A stretch of DNA of 62,645 nucleotides, filler included, from Rhabdomonas costata (taxonomy: Eukaryota): NCBI GenBank assembly GCA_019059605.1. It is 35 parts of 35 records of this genome, joined end to end, with 100 filler letters (N's around TTAATTAATTAA, not from the genome) between each part and the next. Parts side by side here need not be neighbours in the genome. Positions count along the whole stretch, not along the records: positions 48,420 to 50,111 come from JAHMHO010010583.1; positions 50,212 to 51,888 come from JAHMHO010010584.1; positions 51,989 to 53,681 come from JAHMHO010010585.1; positions 53,782 to 55,473 come from JAHMHO010010586.1; positions 55,574 to 57,265 come from JAHMHO010010587.1; positions 57,366 to 59,058 come from JAHMHO010010588.1; 29 more parts are not named here. One strand, given 5' to 3'. Made by a program: the position numbers and the translations under genes. The notes under the pieces were generated by a model. That model made no database searches and was not told where the DNA came from. It saw only the letters and a program-made list of their open reading frames with translations. Positions 49,583 to 58,791 of this stretch are shown here, piece after piece; position 1 is the first letter of the stretch, and the number at the start of each line of letters is the position of its first letter.

Positions 49583-51990
49583 AAAAAGCTGCCCAGGTCA
49601 AACCAAACTGTTTTTTATTTACAAATGAAAGACAGAGTAGAGAATTTAGGGAGATACCCGTGCATCAAGGGAAAGATTGGTCCTGTGGAAAATCATTTGC
49701 GTATGTGCGTGAGCGTGTATGGTTGAGTTTGGTCGCTGGGGGTTGCCTTGATTTTTCATCTCATTCAACCCTTGACCATTGACACAACCGTATTCTCCAT
49801 TTGTCTTTGTTCGGACCCGAATGCATCTGATTGAGCGATAAGAAATGACGTGCCCGTTCCTGCCGTGATCTAAAATTTCGAGTGTGTGATATCATCTGTG
49901 TGAGTGGGTTCATGCTCGCTCAATCGTGTTGTTGCGGTTCTGGTGTTGGGGCTTCAGCTGTGCCTGAGAAGGAGAACCCAAAGGTGGACAGAAGCTGCCC
50001 GTGCACCATCCTGTGAATAGTGCTTCTCCGCCTCCCCCTCCCCCTCCCCTGTTCTGTCCTCCTCGGCTCTCACTTGCTGGCATGTGTTGCCCGTGGGGCT
50101 GCCCCACAACANNNNNNNNNNNNNNNNNNNNNNNNNNNNNNNNNNNNNNNNNNNNTTAATTAATTAANNNNNNNNNNNNNNNNNNNNNNNNNNNNNNNNN
50201 NNNNNNNNNNNGGTGTTGTGGTCCTCCTTGTATTCGTTGACATTTGTTGTGCACCCTTCCGGAGGACGACGTTGTGTTACGCCTTCCAAGACGCGTGTGC
50301 TGTTGTCGACCGACGAAGTGAAACGAGATGCTTCTCACATCACGTGCAATTTTAGGCGGAATGAAGGCCGAACACAACGTTGGGTGGATTTTGTTCTCCC
50401 TGAATCAAAAGGTATGGCGTTCCTCACGACGCTCGGTTTCATGGTGATGCAGCCCCACGGGCCGTTACGATGGAATTTGTGACCCCTACCACTCTGAGCC
50501 GCAGGCAAGTACCGGCAGGTTGGCATCGTTTGCCGAAAACTCTTGTCAGCAACCTGGTCTCAGCAACATCAGTGAAAGCGAAGGGCAAAGTTCCGAAGCA
50601 GTTCACTTGAGGGGTCAACACCGACAGCGGCGACAGACCTTTTCCCGCATCGCTTTCCAGGACCTGTATCACGATCAGGATGCAGGATGCAGGTAACGCA
50701 ATGTCGAATCGACAGAAGTTATCAAGAAACTTTTCTGGGAGCCTAACACGTACCGCAACATGCACGGAATCCCAGACTGCTTTGAAAGACCTGAAAAGCA
50801 CCCATTTGGCCAACTCGCCTGCAGCGTACGCTTGCGTCCTTTACTAGATCTGCCGAATCGCTCGCAAATGGAGATGTTTTTTCTTGGCCGCTCACTGGAC
50901 TTCATCTGCCAGTTTTACCGGATTTGTTAGCCCACAACACCCTCAGGTGTCCTCCCGGGAGTGCACTGGAAAACAGTGTTGTAACCGGCTCGGAACCGGA
51001 ACCTTACTGTTGAGCTGAACTCCTGTGCTCCATTCCCAACGGCTTGGCCGCTCCAGCATACTAGGAATGGTTGAATTTCCCAGTGCCTTGTAGCGAACAG
51101 CGCCGAATCCGGGAATTCCAGTGGTATTGATGGACGAGGTTCTCTAACCTGTCCCCCCAGCTCAGCTGAGGGTGCTCATGCTTCATTGTTGGATCCCAGC
51201 TCGTCGGAAGTTGGTGTCTAGATTTTCCACCGGACTTAGCTGGCTGAACAGCTAAGCTAAGCCTTTCCCTCTGGCCCATTTCCATCCAAGGCCTTTTGGG
51301 GAGCTACGCACGATGCCGCACCGCGAAATTATTTCAGCGTTCAATCTCTGCAGTGCCGCTTTGTGTTTTTCTATGTTTCGGCCATTGTGACGTTCGAGCC
51401 GCGAATCCTCCCTTCCCCCTCCCCCTTTCCATCCAATTCAATACGCTCTTACACGACTCTGCGCACGGCTCGTCCCAAAAATGCCCACTCAGGTCCACTC
51501 CCCTGCACCGGTCAGCCCTCCGCGGTTGAGCCTAGGGGCCAACCCCATTCCCCTGGACGTCAGCACGTGCTCCAGCCTGGCTTCATCCCCAAGGGGAGTT
51601 CAAAGTCAGTGCCTCACGCCTCACGTTTTTTTTTCTGCTTCACAAATGCCCAATCTCCCTAAGTAGCATAGATATACCCATATGACGAAGGAGAGAGAGG
51701 GCTGAGCTGAGCCGTCGTTGCTGGCAACCCGTTTCTGCGGGCGTGTCCTTGACACCGTTTCTCTCACTCGTTTCTTAACTCCTCTCACAGGGGTCTCTTC
51801 CGCAGCCTCCTCCAATCTCCGCCCCGCCTGCTCACCCGCCACCATGGTTGTGGTCTCCAATATTCAGCTCAATTTCGACCCCAACCCCNNNNNNNNNNNN
51901 NNNNNNNNNNNNNNNNNNNNNNNNNNNNNNNNTTAATTAATTAANNNNNNNNNNNNNNNNNNNNNNNNNNNNNNNNNNNNNNNNNNNNGC

Positions 51991-52845
51991 GAACTTGTTT
52001 GTGATGAAAGAAGAAAAGGAGATATTGATGTAAAATATAAAGTTATAGGTGAAGAATGTAAAAATATCGGAAATTCTGCATATGGGCGAACATCAATGAA
52101 CAAAGCAAAACATAATAAAACAATTTATGGAGATCAAGCAAAATATAGAAAATCTGTAGCTTCACCATATTTTAGAGATGCTGAACAATTCGGCAAACTT
52201 TATGAGATTCAACAAAGAAAAAGACAAACATATCAGAACATGCCTATTCATATTTCAACAGCTATTTTGCAATATGCAAAATTGCGGATGTTACAATTTG
52301 TGTATGATTTTCTGTATAAGTATGTTGATCGTGAAGATTTTAATTTAATGTACATGGATACAGATAGTATGTACATGGCTATAACAGCTGATAAATTCGA
52401 ATATCTAATTAAACCAGAAATGAAAGATAAATATAATGAAGATAGGTGTAACTGGTTCCCAAGAAATGACACAAAAGAGAATGAAAAGTATGACAATCGA
52501 ACAGCTGGTTTATTTAAAACTGAGTTCATTGGTGACGGGATGATCTGCTTATCAAGTAAATTATATTATTGTCTTGGTGAACAGAATAAGAAAGACAAAT
52601 TTTCGAGTAAAGGTGTGCAGAAAACCAAAAACAACAAACTTTTAAACTACAAAAATTTCAAAAAAGTTCTGTTTTCAAACGTTGATATGATGTGCGAAAA
52701 TATAGGAATGAGACAATTTAACGGCTCTATATACTGGTATAAAACATCGAAAACAGGCCTTAGTGCAGAATATAACAAACGAAATATTATGTGTGATGGT
52801 TTATGTACTGCCCCGCTTGAAGAAACAGATAATAAAACAGAATAA
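51991..52845 (+). CDS. Family B DNA polymerase, protein-primed/Polinton (Maverick)-type, C-terminal palm and thumb, 5'-truncated by the contig end
   Basis: The frame is open from the contig start. It contains motif B CKNIGNSAYG (KxxxNSxYG), QYAKLRMLQFVYDFL, motif C YMDTDS, RTAGLFKTE, SKLYY, KFSSKGVQK and GLSAEYNKR...DG..T.PL. It is intronless and strongly AT-rich, unlike host exons. Confidence 0.93.
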   Translation, partial: ELVCDERRKGDIDVKYKVIGEECKNIGNSAYGRTSMNKAKHNKTIYGDQAKYRKSVASPYFRDAEQFGKLYEIQQRKRQTYQNMPIHISTAILQYAKLRMLQFVYDFLYKYVDREDFNLMYMDTDSMYMAITADKFEYLIKPEMKDKYNEDRCNWFPRNDTKENEKYDNRTAGLFKTEFIGDGMICLSSKLYYCLGEQNKKDKFSSKGVQKTKNNKLLNYKNFKKVLFSNVDMMCENIGMRQFNGSIYWYKTSKTGLSAEYNKRNIMCDGLCTAPLEETDNKTE

Positions 52846-52872
52846 AAATTATATAATTATTATATAATTTTT
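52844..52872 (+). terminator. Perfect 14-bp AT-only palindrome overlapping the PolB stop codon (putative 3'-end signal)
   Basis: AAAAATTATATAAT-T-ATTATATAATTTTT begins inside the TAA at 52843-52845. The function is inferred. Confidence 0.55.
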
Positions 52873-52900
52873 TTAATAAATTATACAAAAATATCCTAGT

Positions 52901-53005
52901 ATGCGCTAGAGATTATGTATGGACTGGGTGGTATTATGCACTGGATATTATGTCTGGACTGGATGGTATTATGCGCTGGATATTATGGACGGGCTGGGTA
53001 TATTT
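52901..53005 (+). repeat. Three imperfect tandem copies of a 35-bp unit
   Basis: ATGCGCTAGAGATTATGTATGGACTGGGTGGTATT / ATGCACTGGATATTATGTCTGGACTGGATGGTATT / ATGCGCTGGATATTATGGACGGGCTGGGTATATTT. Confidence 0.9.
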
Positions 53006-53369
53006 AACTTGTACAGAACAGTCAGTTTAGTGACTCTCTCACAAACAGATAGTCTAATGGCGGCGGCGCGGCGGCGAATGAAAGTGAACGTAAGTTGGGC
53101 GCAACGTCCTAGTTTTCCGAAGCCGCAGGCTTCGTAAAACTGGGACGGTGCTCCCAACTTACTATACTACTACATAAGTACTATTACACTATATATATTA
53201 TTGTACTATTACATATATATATTTAATTATAATTGAAATATTGTTAGATGAATCTGATAACGAATGGTAATATTCGAAGTATATAAATACTTATTATTTT
53301 AATGGAAGAAAACATTGATAAATCAGTATATGATATACTTTTAAACAAAATATTTTTAACATGCAATTA

Positions 53370-53404
53370 ATTTTTCTTTTCAAAAGTATTTTGAAAAGAA
53401 AAAT
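53370..53404 (+). terminator. Perfect 16-bp AT-rich hairpin directly after a 22-codon ORF (53302-53370)
   Basis: ATTTTTCTTTTCAAAA-GTA-TTTTGAAAAGAAAAAT. The function is inferred. Confidence 0.45.
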
Positions 53405-54590
53405 ATATAAGTTCTAGAAACTCGCATTTGCGAGCTCAGTTTACTTCAGTTCGGTTATTCAGCGTGCGCCGCCTTCGCGCTTTTCCTTTTTTCTCTGTTT
53501 GATGCACCCAACACACCACGGAACAGAGGGACTCACTCGGTGCCTTTGTGCACATGTCTTGCACCAGCTGTGAAACTCTGTTCGACAGTTCTCACACCAC
53601 GCACAAGCAGTTTGCATGTCTGTGTCAGACAATGGATATCTGCACGTCTTACAAAAGTTATTGTACTTCTCACCAACCCCCNNNNNNNNNNNNNNNNNNN
53701 NNNNNNNNNNNNNNNNNNNNNNNNNTTAATTAATTAANNNNNNNNNNNNNNNNNNNNNNNNNNNNNNNNNNNNNNNNNNNNTTGTGGGGTTCTCGAACTG
53801 TTTGACTAGGGACTCCCCCCCCGCCTTGCTCTTTACTTTCACGTATCGGCGCTTTTTTCGTTAATTCACTAAGCCTGAATAGCGTTCGCTACTTAACGAT
53901 CGCACAGTGTCCTTCGTAGGCGAAACATTGCTCAAATGACAGCACCTTGACACAAGTGCATGTGGTGCTCGGGTGTGCACCCAGCACTAGGCACACCGGA
54001 GCGCCACTTACCTTCCCCCGGATTTTGGATGCGGTGCACGTTCGGGCGGGCTCCCCGACCGCTGGGTCCGTTCCGAAGTTTGTTGCTGAGCAGACGCTAC
54101 CCCATCGGTGAGGGGAGATTCCAAGATCATTGGTTTGGCTCTTCGGGGCATTGGTTTGCAGCGGGGCCAGTGGTACAAGCATTGTTTGGGGGTAGGCCAG
54201 CGGGTGAGGACCCGACCAAAATTGCACCATTGTGAACATGCCTGATTGCTATGCGCGCTTCGTTTTCATTTGTGACCCCCCAGAATCACGCCTCGATGAT
54301 TAGTCTACTCTTGATTTCACCTGCCCCTCGCCTCCCTACCAGCTTTGCTCGGGATGCTCCTTCCTGAAGCTGGAAACTTTGTTTTCTGTGATCACCAGTA
54401 CTCTTTTCCACCGGCAGCGACTTGCTTTCATCCCAATTACCCTGCGGTGATGATAGTCACAGAGAACGACGATGACTTTCAGTAGCCCGCCCTCCCCCTC
54501 ACATCCAAAAAGTATGTTCTTGAAGGTTAGTGACCGCCTGTGACTGTATTCCTTTTTCAAGACATTTTTTCCTCTCTGCCGATTTCTCAG

Positions 54591-55106
54591 CTGACCTGCC
54601 AGCACGGGCGGTACATCACCATCCTCCACGACACCGTGGGGGAGTGGCACGGCGTCCTGGACAAGGTCGTCGGGGACTCTGCCTTTGCCCTCTGGAACGT
54701 CCCTCGCAGCTGTGACCACCCCGAGTACCGCGCCGTGAGCTGCGCTCTGGCCACGGTGAAGGCCTGCGGCCTGCTTGGCAGCCCTGGCTCGGGCACCCCT
54801 CCCGAAGCTCCTTTCCCCGAGAACGCTGCAGAACCTATGAACCCTTTGCTAGGGCTCCCTGCGCCGTCAGCCACGCCTCCGCACATCGCGGCAGATCTGC
54901 ACAGTAAGGTCCAGAGCAGTGGGATCCAGGGGTTGCCCAGAGTAGGGGTGGCCCGCTCTGCGGTGAGGCATGGGAAGGTCTGCAGCAGTGAGCTCAGCTG
55001 GTTTGTGATCGCGGGAGACGCCGTCAGCGAGGCCCTGGCGCTGCAGAAGGTGGGCTGCCGGGCTGGAGCCGTGCCAGTACTGATGACAGAGGACGTGATG
55101 TCCCAG
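54591..55106 (+). CDS. Class III adenylate cyclase-like domain (degenerate), internal exon
   Basis: HGVLDKVVGDSAFALWNVPRSCDHPEYRAVSCALA and PRVGVARSAVRHGKV...FVIAGDAVSEALALQ...VLMTEDV align to G.LDKFIGDA.MA.WNAP...H..RA...AL and RIGI..G....GN.G....Y..IGD.VN.A.RL. AG and GT borders, 516 nt. Confidence 0.82.
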
Positions 55107-55644
55107 GTGATTCCTTTTCCGTTTGGAACGCGCGACTACAATTTAGGAATGAATTAAGTACGAGGTTGTGCTTAGATGTGAGCATTCAAAGGTGCAAAAG
55201 CGAGTGCTAGATTTGTAAAGCGCTTGGTTTTTCGCTGATTTGTGGCCCCGCAACGCTCAGGCAATGGCACGCGATGAGGGTGTGCGAGACCTATGTGAAC
55301 TCGTCTGAGAGGTCAGTGGTGTGCCCTTCCATTGTTTGTGCCTCGGGTTAAAGCCATGCGTTCATTGAATGCGGCAAGCGTTTTACACTGCGCTTTTGTG
55401 CCAAAATTTAAAGGTGGAGGACCGCATGCCCGTCAGGCCTGGGCTGGTCCTGCGGTACACGTCTGTAGAGAAGNNNNNNNNNNNNNNNNNNNNNNNNNNN
55501 NNNNNNNNNNNNNNNNNTTAATTAATTAANNNNNNNNNNNNNNNNNNNNNNNNNNNNNNNNNNNNNNNNNNNNGTGTTTTGCACTGAAGTGGACTTCCTC
55601 TTTGACTTTGCTTTCCGTCCTTATCCATCCCCACTCGCTCACAG

Positions 55645-56916
55645 GGGCACTCGCGGATTGACCTGAAGAAGCTCAAGCCCCCTCCGAAGCACATCAAAGA
55701 CATGGACGAGGGTGCCCAGGCGGTGATCCAGAAGGCGTGGACTGGGGCAGGGGAGGGGAAGGAGGATTGTGTGATGTGTGTTGGAGTCTGGGTTTTGGCT
55801 TCCCCATGTTCCCTCGGATAGAAGACCCTTTCCGGTCACTCATAACATGTGCTTCCGGCCCAGCGGAGCTTGTCCTCACCATCATTTGAAGAATTGCTGT
55901 ATCGCCTGGGTCCTTCCTTTTTTTGTGCTCGTGAAGCACGTGCAACACGGCGACCCAAACTGACGACGTTCACCCAAACTGAGCACACGCAAGATAACTT
56001 TAGCAGTGTTGGGAACAAAACGTCGCCAAGGTTGACACGGTGCTGACGACCTTCCTTAGACTGTTCACAGGGTCCCGAGAAGCTGTGAGAGGCTACAAAT
56101 GAGTACCTTTGTTTGCTTTGGCCACTCCTCTGTGTCCGCTCGCAGCAATTTCAGTAATGCCGTTCCATGTATTGATCGTCACTGGCACATGAGTTTATTT
56201 GGACTGAGGATGTCCCGGCTTGTTTGCGTTTGTCTTCTCTGCGGTTTCGTGGCACACATCGGTTGACGGCTCTTTCTCTAAGATGATGTTTGACCAGCAC
56301 CAGAAGCGCATGGGGCTTCCCACTTCCGAGGAGTTGATGCACCAGGTACCGCAGCCGCGTTTGTTAGTGGCGGGGAGAGGGATAAAGGCTGTCGCAGAGC
56401 AGCGGCTGGTGCACTGCACATATGATGCACATCGTCGCACATAATTCTTGCCCTCGAGCCCACGCTGTGCGTTTTTTCCACGTTAGTTTCTGCTTTTCGG
56501 CGATGAAAATCAGGGACGAAACGAGGTGAAGGAGAGTGTAAGGAGAGAAGCAGAGAAGCTGCCCCTAACGTGAGCACACACTGCACACACACAGTGGCTC
56601 TGAAGGGCCCCCCAGCAACGGCGGTCGAACACCCGGCTGTTCACATGACAATTTTTTCCGCAGTTGAAAAGGTAAAATTCAACTCCGCAATGCTGTTGCA
56701 GCTGCCGGAGCTGGATATATTTAAATGATGGCCACTGTCCACTGGCACGTCCCCTCCTTATCCATACCTTCAGTGGTGCTTTCTCGTCGAAAGTCGCAAG
56801 AGAAGCGCCTTGGAAAACCCTGCGCTCAGGACGCCCTCCGAAGACTCAAGGAGCAGTTCCCGGACTGTGGCGTGGATATCAACAGCGTCAAGTTCGCTAA
56901 CTCTGGGCCGTTCTGA
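55645..56916 (+). CDS. nudC: Nuclear distribution protein NudC family, last three exons (55645-55734, 56283-56345, 56830-56916)
   Basis: GHSRIDLKKLKPPPKHIKDMDEGAQAVIQK|MMFDQHQKRMGLPTSEELMHQ|DALRRLKEQFPDCGVDINSVKF carries the NudC C-terminal signature KMM(Y/F)DQ.QK.MGLPTS(D/E)E. Introns are GC-AG then GT-AG, all phase 0. Confidence 0.93.
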
Positions 56917-57379
56917 GAAGAACCTGCGTTTGGCTGACATTTCCCGACGCGCTTGTCCGTCGGAATATCCAGCAGCGTGGCGCTGACAGTGGCTGCTGGG
57001 ACTTCTTTTGCATCTAGTGCACCAGTCAATCAGTCATAGTGACTGTAGTATTCTCCCCCTTTTCCGTTCCAACCGACTACCGCGTTGGTTGCTGCTGTCA
57101 GGACGCTGCAGTAGCGAAAGGTAATCCTGTGCAGCTTTCAGGCGACCAAGGAGAGGGTTGGGGAATGCTGGAGGACTTCATATTTTTGTGTGCATTCTCG
57201 GCTTCCCTTGAAGCATCGCCTTCTTTACCTCTGGTTATAAGGCAAATCCTGCGGCCCAAGGTTTGNNNNNNNNNNNNNNNNNNNNNNNNNNNNNNNNNNN
57301 NNNNNNNNNTTAATTAATTAANNNNNNNNNNNNNNNNNNNNNNNNNNNNNNNNNNNNNNNNNNNNGGGGGTTTGGGTAG

Positions 57380-58502
57380 GAGCTCGCTGCTGCGCGAGAC
57401 CGGGGGGTGGACGTGCGAGTCATCGTGGACAGCAAGACTCCGCACTACAGCACTCAGCGCCGGGGCTTCACGCCGAATGGGCCGAAGCACATCAACGAGT
57501 GGGCCATTGAGCGGTCTGGGCTGCAGGTTTTGACCCCCCCCCCGACCGTGCCTTCTTGCGAGCACCGATACTGTGGTGTGCCCCCTTCATCATTTTTGCT
57601 TCGTTGTATTAATTAATTTTGTGGGGATGGCCGAAAAGTTGAAGCGCTGGTTGCATCTCTTCCCAACGGCGTCAAGGCCACACATTCTAACATATGCCTC
57701 TTTTTGCTGCAAATGGCCAGGCTGCCGCTTGGACCACGTCAAGCAAAAAAGCGGATCTGCGTCAGGAAGATCAGCCCAGCACCTTACCGCCCCCCCCCCC
57801 AGCCAGGCGAAGGGCATAGCCAGGGTCAACGGCGACAGTAGCCGCTTTTTTCTTTTGTACCACTGTCTTCTCTTCTTTTCTTTGCGCTGGACACCCCTAC
57901 CCTGCAGCACCTGACGTGATAGAAGGCTCGAGTGACGAGCTCCCTATAGCTTTCCAATGCCTGTGCGCCGCCACACCAGAGCAAGTGGAAGCTCACGCAC
58001 TCAGGTCAACCGGAAGTCACAACTTGATCTGAGCCCTTGGCAGGGGATCACAATAAGCTCACCACAACGTCGTCTTCCTAAATCGAAGAACGTATTCCCC
58101 AAAAATGAAACTACCCGCGATCACGCGATCACACGCACTTGAGCAAGTCTTCGCTGTTTGACCTGGTGGTGCATTGCATTGAAGAAAGATCGGGCAGTCT
58201 TGTCTATGGGTCTGAGAGCGGGAATGGTGCTTGCATTGGAGTGTCTCGTGGTGACAGCTAAGCTCCGAGCGCAGAGTGCCACGCCCCCCCACAGACACAC
58301 GTGCTTTTCCTCAGGACTGTGTGATCCCCCGGTCCCAGCCCCACAGCGCTATCTGCCACCACAAGTTTGTGCTGGTCCTGCGCGACGGCGCCCCAGTGGC
58401 GCTGTGGACGGGCTCCACCAACTTCAAGGCGGGGGGGCTGTTTGGCCAGCTCAACGTCGGAATTGTGTGCCGGGACCAGCACGTGCTGGAGAAGTTCCAC
58501 AG
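57380..58502 (+). CDS. Phospholipase D superfamily protein (bacterial PLDc_2/Nuc-like type), exons 57380-57526 and 58315-58502
   Basis: ELAAARDRGVDVRVIVDSK...|DCVIPRSQPHSAICHHKFVLVLRDGAPVALWTGSTNFKAGGLFGQLNVGIV has the 'A..RGVDVRVI.D' element and an HxK...TGSxN motif. Phase-0 GT-AG join. Confidence 0.88.
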
Positions 58503-58755
58503 GCCTGAACCTCCCCTCCCCTCCAGGCCTCCCCCTGAACTCTGAACCTCTCTGGGGATGCACCAGGTTCTGAAACACCTAGCCCAGAAGAGTGGCTGCA
58601 CCATTGCATGGCATTTGTCCAGAAAAGGAAGAAGCCTGGGGTTTCCTTTCCTTTCTCCTCTTCTTGCCTTACCTGGCTTACCTCTCTTTGCACCCCCCTC
58701 CCTGCACTTCTCGGTACGTGGTGCGTGATTGGCATCCGTCCTCGCACCATGAGTT

Positions 58756-58757
<2 letters not shown>

Positions 58758-58789
<32 letters not shown>
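58758..58789. repeat. (GA)16 microsatellite
   Basis: Read directly. Confidence 0.95.

Positions 58790-58791
<2 letters not shown>

Larger units (their letters stand above)
51989..53420 (+). mobile_element. Polinton/Polinton-like virus or virophage-like element fragment
   Basis: pPolB ORF followed by AT-rich DNA with palindromes and tandem repeats. Composition switches to host-like at about 53420-53460; the boundary is approximate. Confidence 0.7.

Noticed and set aside
52901-53005. 35-bp repeats as a CRISPR array
   Set aside because: The units are head-to-tail with no unique spacers, and no cas genes are present. This is a tandem repeat.
51989-58502. Apparent cluster of PolB, cyclase, NudC and PLD nuclease-like genes as a defence or viral operon
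   Set aside because: Each gene is on a separate contig joined by artificial linkers, so adjacency carries no information.
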